A DNA stretch of 64,000 bases from Amphiscolops sp. MND2022 (taxonomy: Eukaryota). Positions within the stretch are counted from its first letter, which is position 1. Each line of letters opens with the position of its first letter. A program made the translations under genes and the position numbers. Below, piece by piece: positions 1 to 12,400 of the stretch. The stretch is taken from assembly GCA_964187785.1 (NCBI GenBank), contig OZ076409.1:5024001-5088000 (forward strand). Direction: 5' to 3'. The notes below the pieces were generated by a model. It made no database searches, was not told the DNA's origin, and worked only from the letters and a program-made list of their open reading frames with translations.

Positions 1-207
1 CTGCTGAAAAGCAACTGTGTTAGAGATAATGGGCTGCTGGCAAAAGGAATCAGAAATTGAAAAAATGGTAGGCTGCTTTAAAGTACCACTAGGTTAATTA
101 GGGTTAAATACCTAATGGTTTAAAATTTTTCATTGGTTTTAAAATTTAAAACAGGTGAGTGAAATTTGTAAAGAATGTAACAACAATGTAGTGTTTTGTG
201 ACAACAG

Positions 208-416
208 GAGCAGTTCTGAAAGTGATCAAGTTCTCTCCTCGCAACGAGGAAGTGTGTGCTCGTCTGTTTGCTTTCACGAGTCAGTTCAAGAGTGTGGCTG
301 CATGCAGACTGGAGCCTCTGCAGAAGGCAGACCTGGTGGAGATGACTCAGAAGATGGCCAAGGGAGAGATCACACTCGCCATAGGCGATGGGGCCAACGA
401 TGTGCCCATGATACAG
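208..416 (+). CDS. P4-ATPase exon (P domain, GDGAND)
   Basis: AG at 206-207, GT at 417; encodes [13 protein letters not shown]...[15 protein letters not shown]. Confidence 0.92.
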
Positions 417-3400
417 GTACTGTCTCCTCATATTTAACAATACAATTAAGTGCCCCCATGTGACCTAGCCCGTTTTAAAAAACTGAATGGGGAAAAAGGG
501 GTTCTGACATTGCTAAATCGCTAATCAGGTAGAACATTTTTTGCTCCCTTCAGCTGATTTAGAACTACAGAATAGAAACAGTTTTTCGCGAAGCGAGGGG
601 ACAAGACTGACCGGCAGAAAGCGTGCAGTTGCTCATGGATAGAGCCACAAAACTCCGGATACCAATTTTACAGCGGCCTCAGAAAAATCGAACCAAAATC
701 AAATTGTTTTTAGTCGGCGCTTTTATAAATAAAAGAGCCCGACTATTACCGTCACTCGTTTTTTTTCTTTAAGACAGACTCGAAGCGACGAACGTTAAAA
801 TTAACGTTAAACTACTAAATACAGTACTAAACTACTGGACCGGCAAAGACAAACGGGGAGCGCATTTAGGATAGTGCAAAGGGTCCCCCCTTTCAGTTAC
901 TCCATTTTTATCGTAAGATACAAAACAGGACGAGACTATAGGGTTTGAGTTTTTTTCGTGTTTTTTTGTCTCCAAACGGTCCCCCCTTGAAGTTTTTTGA
1001 TATTTTACAGCAAATTGAAGTTTCAAAAAGCCCAAAGGGTCTCCCCTTTCAAGTTTTTCGGCACTATGAGACTGGCTCAAAATTCTCATTTTTCGATTTT
1101 TCTTTTTTTTTACAAAAAACCCAAAGGGTCCCCCCCCCCTTTTACAATTTCAAAAAGTTTGAGCTTTTTGAGCCTTAGATATGGCGCCGACTTTAGACGT
1201 TCCCGTCTTGTTCTAGATTTTACGCCCATCTTTTACGCTATAGAGGTTCTGCCTCCTCCTAGTTAAAGTCAAGTGCCACTGTGGTTGCCTGTTGTTGTAA
1301 AATAAATTGAATGGCAAAGGCGTTGACAGAATATTGATTGGAGATACGTTGGCAATTTGTAAATTTTCTACCAACTCCAAAAACGAGCAACACTTTTTCA
1401 TCGTCGTTTGGGATATAAATTGTCGAGTTTTCACCATGCTTATTGCGGGTATACTGTGGCTGGGTTTCTTTTGCTAGTTATGAATTTTTTAGAAGCTTTC
1501 ATCTGAAGTTGGTTATTATTATATTGAATTGTTCTATAAGTTATTTTGCTTTCAAAGATTTTATCATAGGGAGATGAAAATGCTTGGGTGCGTACCATTG
1601 AATCAGATTTCTGACACCGATTCAAATTAGCGGCAACTAATAGATTGTTCAAATTGAGATTTTCTGCGTATAGACGCAGTTTCAAAATGGATTTCCAAAA
1701 ATTCTAATTCTTCGTCTGTAAAACCCACACAGTATGAAAAATTCTAGTCTTTTGTCTTGCGAAAACTGAATTAAGTTATCTTTTAAATTCACAACAAACT
1801 TCATTTAAGGCTGATTGTCTTTATACAATTTCGCAGTTATGATTTATGGTTCGAAAAGTCACAGATTAAAGTACGTTTTCGACAATTAATGTCATCATCA
1901 GTTCTAAAAAACTATCAAAATCTTTACACTCAAAATAAGTTTCCAAAAAATATAACAGTTTGGGAATAAAGTGATACTGTGAATTATCGAGGCCAGTAAT
2001 AGGTTATTCATGATTTAACAAGATGCCAGCTAAGCACCGGGATCTTTTTCACTAAAAACATAACGCATCAGCACGGGTTCGAACCCGCTACCAACTGCGC
2101 CACGGTGACTAAAATATGGAGTAATAAAAGTGGAGTTTTGGCAGAATTTCGAAAAAAAACGCAACGCGGATTACGATTTTCCTCCTGCATTATATGTGGT
2201 CGGAAAAGAACAACAATGTTTGGACCTGTTGTTTCTAAGGTGTTATGTAATTCTATGCAAAGTGGTGTTTTTTAGGCGGCTCATGTGGGAGTCGGTATCC
2301 AAGGGGAGGAGGGGCTGCAGGCGGTGCTATCCAGCGACTACTCCATCGCCCAGTTCCGCTTCCTCAAACGCCTGCTGCTCATCCACGGGGCCTTCTCCTA
2401 CCAGAGGGTGTCCAAAACCATCCTCTACTCCTTCTACAAAAACATCACTCTCTACCTCGTCAATGTAAGCCACTTGCATTACATTATACTCCTATTACTA
2501 CTACTCTCTACCATAGCATGGTGATCAGATGCTTGCTACCTCAGTTGAAATACATTTTTTTTATTTATGAAACCATGGAAAGGAATTCAGTGTTTTTTTT
2601 GTTTTTTTTTACATCGCTGGTGCTTTCGCAGTTTTGTACACAAAATTTTCGAATTCAAATCATTTTTCATGTTTTAAGACGAGTAAATCTCATCATTACT
2701 TTGCCAAACAGGGGCTTGCCCAATTTCGCGTTAGTATATCTTTAACCTTGAATGAGCCAACTATCAAGAAAATTTTCATTTCTAACTGATTTCACAATTT
2801 GCGGAGACTGCTTTGCAGATGCGGAGATTAAAAGCCAATTGAAACGAAATTCCCCACCCAGGAATTTCACTCAGCGGATCTGAAACTTTTACATGATATT
2901 TTACCTATACGATATTTCTTGAAATTAAAATCGGCTTTATTTTTTTGGAAATTCTCTCACAACCGGAATGTCATGTGACATGGTTCCTTTTTTAACGAAT
3001 GATAATAGACCAACTACTGCGGTTTTCAGAGAACATAAACGAACGGATCAAATCTACCTCAATATCAAAAGAAACAGTATCTTCATTGAAAATAGTTTTT
3101 TCAGCAAAGTGGTCCCAATATGGAACAACCTACCGAAAAATTTGAGAACCGAACGACATTCATATCAAACAAAAAAAGCGAAAATGAAAAGGTTATTTCT
3201 AGAAAAATTCAGAAACGAACTAAACCTTCCCGAATATAACAAGTGTTGGAAAGATTTTAAATTTCATTAAACCCCTGCCATTTCAATACTTATGATTAAC
3301 ATGAATTTTTTTAGCGTAATACACTGCTTTGTTTTAAAACCAAGATTTTGTTTTTAATAAAGATATAATTCAGCGTTTTTTTAAAAAATATATTGCTTTC

Positions 3401-6400
3401 AAAAGTTCACAAACATACAGTGCTACACGAAATTGTAACAAAATTTAAAGTCATTTTCATTTTTTTAGAAAAGAGCCACTATAGTCATGGCTTTTCGTCA
3501 GTTTTTTTTCGATGCACCTGAACTGTCCAAAATAGCTCTACAAAAAATTCTTAGATTTTGGCAAAGTCAGTCACTGCCACTTGGCCGAGCGGTTAACGCG
3601 GAATTCCCGTCCTGGTGGCGAGGCCCAAGAAGAAGGGGTACGTTGGTTCAATTCTCGCACTGAACCAAAAAAATTTTTTGTTTGCAAAAGTAGGGGCAAA
3701 GGGTCCCCCTTCAGAATTTTTCCGGCACTCTGCAACTTCTTTCAGATTTTTTTTTCAAAACCTAAACTCACTTCCTCGATTTTCTGAAGAAACAAAGCAT
3801 TCTGTGAGCATAGATGACCACTTATATTTTTTTCGACACCGTGCGACTTACCGAAGTTAAAAATTTGAGAAAATGTTTCGAAAAATTTTTCACAATTTTT
3901 TTTCACATTTTTGGTTTTTGAGGTTTTCTGTAAAAGAAACATGTTTCCCGAGTCTTGATGGTGACATCTTTACTATTTTTTGATCTGATACTTTTGTGGA
4001 ACTGATGAGTTTTTTAATCATTGTGGAAAAGACCTTTTTTCCTTTTTCAGCTCTGTGCGTCTTTTTCCCGAAACTTTCACTTTGTCAAGGGGTACCCTTC
4101 TCTTTCATAACTAATTTCGGCTTGAGAAAAAGTAGTTTTGCGAGCTGAAAGCTCTTTTTTCGGCACTATGAGACTTTTCAGAAAAAGGAATTGACAAATG
4201 ATTGTTTTTCGTTTTAAAATTTGGTTTTCTCAGTGAACCAGCACGCTATATCCGAATTTGGTTTTTTAAGACCGTTTTTTTCTTTTCCCTTTAAAACCTT
4301 TGTACTGTTGTGTGTTTAGTTCTGGTACCAGTTTGTGTGTGGCTTCTCGGGACAGTCTGTGTTCGACAAGGCGACGCTGGCGCTGTACAACATCGTGTTC
4401 ACCTCGCTGCCCCTCATGAGTCTGGGGCTGCTGGACAGACCCGTGTCCGAGGAGAAGATGCTCACCCACGTCTACCTGTACAGGACCTCACAGCTCTCCC
4501 TCAAGTTCAACGCAAAGGTTGGTCACCGGTCGCTTGTTTGTGACGTCATCAAATCAAAGCGGGTGGTCTGAAATCAACCTTCAATGAAGTGGTAAACTTA
4601 TGTTTAGGCAAATTAACGAATGGAAAGTTAGGGTCATTTCGAGTTCCCTCAACTTTAATGGGTTCCTTATCTTGTACAGTAGCGTTCTAAAATATCGCAA
4701 CTCCATTGCTTAAAATTGAGAATTTCAAATCCAAATATCTTTAAAACTGCCACAAATACAAAAAATTGTCAGCGACAAAAGTATCTTAGAATTTTATCTA
4801 GTTTACAAAAATGTTTGTTTGAAATTTCTGCGACAAAAGTATCTTAGAATTTTATCTAGTTTACAAAAATGTTTGTTTGAAATTTCTGCGACAAAAATTA
4901 AAAAGTTAGAAATTGCAAATTTTGACTAAATTTAATAAAATCAATTTTCTAAATACAATTCTTATAGCCTATCTTAATACATGTATTGAAGTGTTCATAG
5001 ACACAAAATAGAGCACAATTTTTCTGATTCGAAACAAATTCTCGATCGAAACAATTCAGCGAGTTCGGGAGATTATAGTGAGTCGCCGAATGAAAAAAAA
5101 TCAATTTTTTTTAAATTCTGAGCTACTCAATTTTCGAAAAAGCTCAAATTTTAATTAAAATTTTGTAAAATTTGCATTTTCTAACTTTTTCAGTATGGGT
5201 CGTAGAGATTTCAAACAAACATTTTTGTAAACTAGATACAATTCTAAGAAACTTTTGTAGCTGGCAAATTTTTTTATTCGTGACAGTTTACGAGATATTT
5301 GGTTTTGAATTTTGCCATTTTAAGCAATGAGGTTGCGATATTTTAGAACGCTACTGTAGTTTCTAATGCATCCGAAATGTATGTTCTCAGAAGTTGCTTT
5401 ACGATCATGATGTTTGGTAATTATGTATCATGTTTACCTTCTGTTGATGTACTATCAAACACAGTCTAGGCGTCTTGGAACGTCAGATAGTTTTGGATTG
5501 ACCCGACACGCTTCAATGTTTCTCTTTTCATTCTAGGTGTTCTGGACGTGGTGTGCCAACGGTCTAGCTCATTCTCTGTGGGTGTTTCTGGTGTGTCTGG
5601 CAGCTACCAGAGGAGACACCATTCTTCCAGGGGCCAAAGCCACCAGTGTGCTCGCATTCGGAGAAGTTGTTTACACAGGGATGTTATTAGAATCTCTACG
5701 CCGTAAAAATGGAGATAGATAGAACGTGATATGATAATGCCGGTTGAAAAAGGAACTCAAGTTGAGCTAACAAGTTTTGCACATTTTCCCATCTCGTAAA
5801 CTCACATTTTTGTTGAGGTAAACTGTGAAGGCCTACAAGAAATACCCTTTCTTCCATTAGTTTTTTTGAAAACATTTTGCTAAGAACCCAATGTTCTGAA
5901 AAACCTCATAGAACCTTTGCATCAGTTGTGTCGATTTTTTTGTCATCAGTCAGTTCCCATTCTTTCCGTGGAGTCAATGATAGTTCGAAAGTTTCTCAAA
6001 TTAATAATCAATTAATTCTATCGGTTTTTACTAACTTTTTTCTGCGATGAATTTAGCGATTTTTTGAGCGATAACAACATTTTCCAAGAAAACGAATGAA
6101 AAACTCATGAAAAGACTTTGGGCTCAAGCCGTGCTACATTGCAAGCGATCGTCTGCTATTGATTTTTAGTAGGCGCATTTTAGTAGAAAATGAGCCCGAC
6201 TATTACAGTGACAAGTTTTTTTTCGTCAGATAACAGAATGTATGCGTAGTGGACACTTTTTGTAGAAACTACTAAAACTACTGGACATGCCACGAATAAA
6301 TTAATTGTCTATAGAGTAAAACTATCCGGATATGACGAATATTCGGCAGATGAGGCCGAAGGGTCCCCCCTCTCAATTTTTTCGGCACTGTGGGACTTTT

Positions 6401-9400
6401 TTCGAAAATTTTTGTCTTCAAAAGATCCCCTCTTCGATTTTATTGAAATCCCGCCCTCGTAATATTGGGAGTAAAGCGCTATATACGAACTCATGACGTT
6501 ATATCCGAACTATATTGCGTTTTAGTAAGGAGGAGGCGGAGGTTCGAAAACACAAGTTTTTCACGAAAACGTCCTACGCATATCTTTAAAACTTTGCGCT
6601 TTTTGAGCCCAAGATATAGCGCCGACTTTAGACGTTCCCGTCTTGTTTTCATGACTATAAGGATGTTGTAATTGGCGTATGAATCAATACTACTTATGAG
6701 ATGTTAACTAACCAACCATACCATCCTTGTGTGTACAGCTGTGATCTTTGTGGTGACTGCCAAGTTGGTGTTAGTGACCCACACGTTCTACACGTTGACC
6801 ATCATTCTGATCCTGCTGTTCGGGGTCATCGCCTGGTTCTCCTGGATGATCATGTCCAGCTACATCCCCTCCTTCACCTACACCTACGGCTTCTTCCAGA
6901 CCCTCATTCCCACCCCCTACTTCTGGCTCACTGTTATACTGGCCACTCTGGTCGCTCTCTACCGTGATGTCGTCTACAAATGGTTTGATATTTTTGTTAT
7001 TTGCTTTTCATTTTTTTAGTCGGCGCTTTTTGTGTAAATAAAAAATGCCCGACACTTACAGCGACTTTTTTCTCCAGATCACAGAACTCACACAAAGGTC
7101 CACTTTTTACAGAATTTCTCTAGGCCTTCCTACCTTACTACACCAAGCAATATCTGGTGCTTCCAAAGGGTACCACCTTTCGTTACCATAGTTTTTAAAG
7201 CTTTTGCCGGTACTACAGTGGAAGCCGCTTAAATGGGACACGCGTATAAGAGACAACGCTTAATTGACAGGCATATTTCGGTCCCCTGGCCTACCTGACG
7301 TGGTCAATTGGACTACTGATATAAGAGACAACGGATATATTAGACAAGAATACCCGGTCCCGAGGCGTCCCATATAAGCGGCTTCCACTGTATATAACTC
7401 AGAAGGTTTGGTTTCACTGTTTTTTGGCATTTCAAGACTTTTTCTGCAATTTTTTGTTGCCAAAGGGTCCCTTCTTTGGTTATTTTGATTTTCTGCAACA
7501 ACCTGGATGATAAAAAATCCAAAAGTCCTCCCCTCTTTTGCGTCTTTCGGCACCGTGAAATTTTTTTTCAGAACGTTTTTTTTGATTCTGTGGAACTGAT
7601 ACGTTGGGGAATAAAAAGTTGGGAAAAGCGGTTTTTGAGTCGTATGTGTGTCCGTTCGGGTATTTTCTGGCAACTGTAAATGTTTTAAACGGGTTTTTAA
7701 TCGTGTTTTTTCAATTTTGCCAACCCTGCTTTGAGCCGACCATTGCTTAACCTTTTGACTGCAAATATGCCACCATAGCTTGCTACGGGTAAAAAGTATC
7801 CGAAAGTCGACTTAGAAACGCAGATCTGCTTATTCGGCGTCCACCCGCGCAATTGGGGAGGGGGAATGAAATTTAGAATAAGGTGTTGAAACCGGAAATA
7901 TGCTAGACGATAGCAAGTCACTTCGAAACCACAGCTTTAAGCCAGTATTGACCAAAAAATGTTCCAACTACTTTTTTCGAGTGCTGCTGGCGACGTTATT
8001 GTCAAAACACTTTCGGACATTTTCTGGTCATATAAAGCAAGGTGGCCAGTTGGATCGCTTCAAAGTGACCTGGTCGCTTTTTACGAACATTGTTGATTGT
8101 ATTTTTATAATTTTAGCCTTATTAAAAAAACAAATTGAGAATTTTGAACAGTCTCATAGTGGCGAAAAATGTAAAAAGGGGACACTTTGAGATGTTTCAA
8201 CATCCATTCTGTTGCAAAATATCGAAAACATTGAAGGGGAACCCTTTGGAGACATTGAAAAGTTTTTGAAAAAAGTCTCACAATGTCGAAAAACTAAAAG
8301 GGGAACTCTTTAGTCTCGTCCGGTTTTGTATGTTACGCTGAGGTGGCAAGTCGGGTCGCTTTTTTGTTGAAAAAAACTGGCCACCCTGATATAAAGTAAT
8401 CATTAGGGATGATCACAATTTTTCAATTGAAGTTCGTTGTGACAGTGCTTTCAGTTTTCGGATTTTCACAATCATGTTTCCCCCATATACTCGCTTTGTT
8501 TTTAGAAAAGTGCCCGACTCTTACAGTGGGTAGTTTTTTTAGACGCGTAAGGTCTACTTTTTCGTTCATTTGTTTCACTTGAACTACGGAGGTTCAAAAC
8601 ACTCGAAATCTCAGAACCTCGTCCAAGACAAAATAAATAAAACCGACGTCCAAAACCTCGAAAACATACTTAGGATCCCCTTTTGGCTATCTTGGTGTTT
8701 TTAACTTGGGATTTTTTCCGATTTTGAGTCTTTTGAAAAATTTTTATAACACCAAAGAATCCCCCTTCATTTTTTTTCGTATTTTGCAACAAACTGGAGT
8801 TTCAAAAAGCCCGAAGGGTCCCCTCTTTTACAATTTTGAAAACTTTGCGCTTTTTGAGCCTTGGATATAGCACCGACTTTGGCCGTTCCCGGCTTGTTAT
8901 TCTCGAGTTATGAATAATTCTCACAAATGTCTTCTTTTGTTTCAGTCTCAAATTCGAGATCTACCCTTCGCTGGAAGACTGTGCCAAGCGGGGCATCTCT
9001 CCCAGGTCCACCAGACGCTTCAAATCGCTCGACTCTGGCATCAACTTCTCAGCCATCGACCAGATCCAGAGCGACGAGGCTGAAGCTAGCCAGAGGTAAC
9101 TTTTCCAGTTTTTATAAATTCTACTCCACTTGCCAATGCTTCAAAACCGTTATTCAACGGGACCTTTACTGACTCTGTAAGGAGACTCTGCAACTTGCAG
9201 CGCATTGAGAGATGAGCACCTGAGAATCTTCACCGACTCTTCAATATGAGCAAACTTTGCTTTTATCATTTCATCTTGAGGTTTCGATATTAGACGTGAG
9301 TTAGTCTCAACCATGGTTCTATTAAGCGACAGTCCAAGTTTGAAACATTCAATTTAAATAAATTGTGCATTGGTTTGAAGTTCGAATGAAAAACACTCTT

Positions 9401-12400
9401 TGTCTCAAATTCTCTGCTCATCGTTAAAATAGTCCCAAAATGGGATTTCACCAATGGGGATAACTCACCATTTTTTTCTTCATGTATTTTCCTTTCATTG
9501 TCTACTGTTTTTAGTCGGCGCTTTTTCCCTTAAGGAAAAAAGCCCGACTATTACAGTGGGTAGTTTTTAGTCGGCGCTTTTCTAGTGAAAAGTGCCCGAC
9601 TATTACAGTGGCTAGTTTTTTTCCGTCAGACTACAATCTCACTCTGATTGGTCCACTTTTCTTACATTCGAAACTACTAAAACTACTACCATAAGGCCAA
9701 GTCCGGTCAGCGGAAATTAGTGCAAAGGGGTCCCCCCTTTCATTTTTTACTTTTTTAACGTAACGTACAAAACCGGACGAGACTAAAGGGTCCCCCCTTT
9801 CGATTTTTTTCGGCATTGTGCGATTTTTTTCGAAAATTTTTTAATGTCTCAAAAGAGTCCCCCTTTCGAGTTTTTTGATATTTGCAACAGAATGTATGTT
9901 AATAAAGCCCAAAGCCCCCCCCCCCCTTTACATTTTTCGGCACTATGCGATATTTTCTGAAAGAAAAAAATTGAATTTTTTCCAAAAAAATGTTTTGCGC
10001 TTTTTGAGCCTTAGATATGGCGCCGACTTTAGACGTTCTCGTCTTGTTTTTAGTCGGCGCCTTTTCCCTTAAGAAAAAAAGCCCGACTATTACAGTGGGT
10101 AGTTTTTTAGTCGGCGCCTTTTCTCTTAAGGAAAAAGCCCGACTATTACAGGGGGTAGTTTTTTTTTCAGCCTACAATCTCACTCTGAATGGTCCACTTT
10201 TCTTACAATCTTTGTTCATTTGTTCAACTAATTTTCTGAGAAGCCGGAGATCGTTGGTTCGATTCTCGCACTAAACCACAAATTTTTTATGCTTCCAAAA
10301 GTAGATGCGAGACCGAAGGTTTTCTTTCGTTTGATTTTTTTCGTTTTTTTCGGCACTATGCGACTTTTTTTCGAAAATTTTCGGATTCTATCAAACGGTA
10401 ACCCCTTGCATTTTTTTGAAGTTTTCGGTTTGTAAAAACGTTTAATGAGCCTGAATGGCCTCTTTTTGAGTTTTTCGGCATTGTGCGACTTTCTGAAAAA
10501 ATACTTTTTTTCGAAAAAAAATTTTGAAAATTTTTTTTGAAAATAATTTTCCAAATGTTTCCAATAGTTGTTCTTTGAATATTTTTGAGCCTTAGATATG
10601 GCGCCGACTTGAGACGATCCCGTCTTGTTTTCTTTTTCAGTTGACAATCTCACTCTGAGTGGTCCACTTTTCTTACAATCTTTGTTCATTTGTTCAACTA
10701 ATTTTCTGAGAAGCAGGAGATCGTGGGTTCGATTCTCGCACTGAACCACAAATTTTTTTATGCTTCCAAAAGTAGATGCGAGACCAAAGGTTTTTTTCGT
10801 TTGGTTTTTTGTTTGGTTTTTTTCGGCACTATGCGACTATTTTTTCGAAAATTTTCGGATACTATCAAAGGGTACTATCACAATGCCCTTGCATTTTTGA
10901 AGTTTTCGGTTTGTAAAAACGTTTAATGAGCCTTAATGGCCTCTTTTTGAGTTTTTCGGCATTGTGCGATTTTAAAAAATACTTTTTTCGAAAAAAAAAT
11001 CAAAAATAATTTTTTTAAAATAATTTTGTGCAAATGTTTCCAATAGTTTTTCCTTGTTTCCAATTTTTTTGAGCCTTAGATTTGGCGCCGACTTGAGACG
11101 ATCCCGTCTTGTTTTCTTTTTCAGCTGACAATCTCACTCTGAATGGTCCACTTTTTTACAATCTTTTGTTCATTTGTTCAACTGATTTTCTGAGAAGCAG
11201 GAGATCGCGGGTTCGATTCTCGCCCTAAATACAAATTTTTTTATGCTTCGAAAAGTAGAGGCGAGACTAAAGGGGCCCCCTTTGGGTTTTTTCGGCACTA
11301 TGCGACTTTTTTTCGAAAATTTTCGAATTCTATCAACGGGGCCCCCTTGCATTTTTTGAAGTTTGCGGTTTGTAAAAACGTTTAATGAGCCTAAATGGCC
11401 TCTTTTTGAGTTTTTCGGCATTGTGCGACTTTTAAAAAAATACTTTTTTCCAAATGTTTCCAATAGTTGTTCCTTGAATATTTTTGAGCCTTAGATATTG
11501 TGCCGACTTGGGACGTTCCCGTCTCGTTCATTTTTATCTCCTCATTCGAACCACCGTATAGAACATCTGTTGTAATCCAGAGAATAATGTTGATTTCAAT
11601 TTCCATGCTCATTTCATGGTTTTTTCTTTGCTCAAAATTTAAGATAGTTTTGGGAAAATACTACAACAATGAATAACGTTTTTTGTGTAAATATCTGTTT
11701 GCCTGTTAATTTTTAGTTTCAGAAATTTGAAAGTCCTTTTTTGCAAGCATTGTTAGATAATTGAAATTTCTCCTCATTTAGTATGAAGAGGGATGCGGAA
11801 ATGTTTGAGGTAATGTTATTATGTATTATTTTTTGTCAGTAATACAGTTGTAAGATTGCTGTTTCTCTTTATTTTGCTCTAACATGACTCCGCTAAAACT
11901 TCCAAGTCCTACTTTTGTATACGTTTGTCTACTTGTCTTGAGTTGTCCTCTTTTACCAACTCTCAATTTCATGTATTTCACTCTATTTTAATGGCATTGT
12001 TGAACCTCAACGGCCAAATAAATGTTCTTTGCTTTTACTTTTTAAAATCTGTTTTTTTTTCAATTGTTTTTTAGGAGTCGGAAAAAAATTTTCGACTACT
12101 TATGCAATCGTAACGTTTTTTCTCCAACATTTTAATGAAAATTTCACGAAAACTGTTCATACGATTCGAACGAAATTTTCTACAGGCATTCTACACCATA
12201 TTGGTGTCCTATATGTGCAATGGCATCAAAATCGTATGAATGGGATCTGAGAAACATGGCCAAATATAAACAAGCCGGGAACGGGAAAAATAACAAAGGG
12301 ACTTCAAAATGACAAAGTGTTCTCTTCTAAAGTACCGTAAAAACCCAAAAGTCGAACCGAATTGGTGCGCCAAGGGGGGGGGGCTATGAGATTTTTTATC

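Noticed and set aside
145..207. ACAG|GTGAGT as a recursive splice site or a tiny upstream exon
   Set aside because: The upstream frame hits a stop at 121-123 with no P4-ATPase similarity, and it cannot be resolved without upstream sequence or RNA data.
3576..3668. Functional tRNA gene (also 2071-2109)
   Set aside because: A/B boxes are present but there is no complete cloverleaf or acceptor stem.
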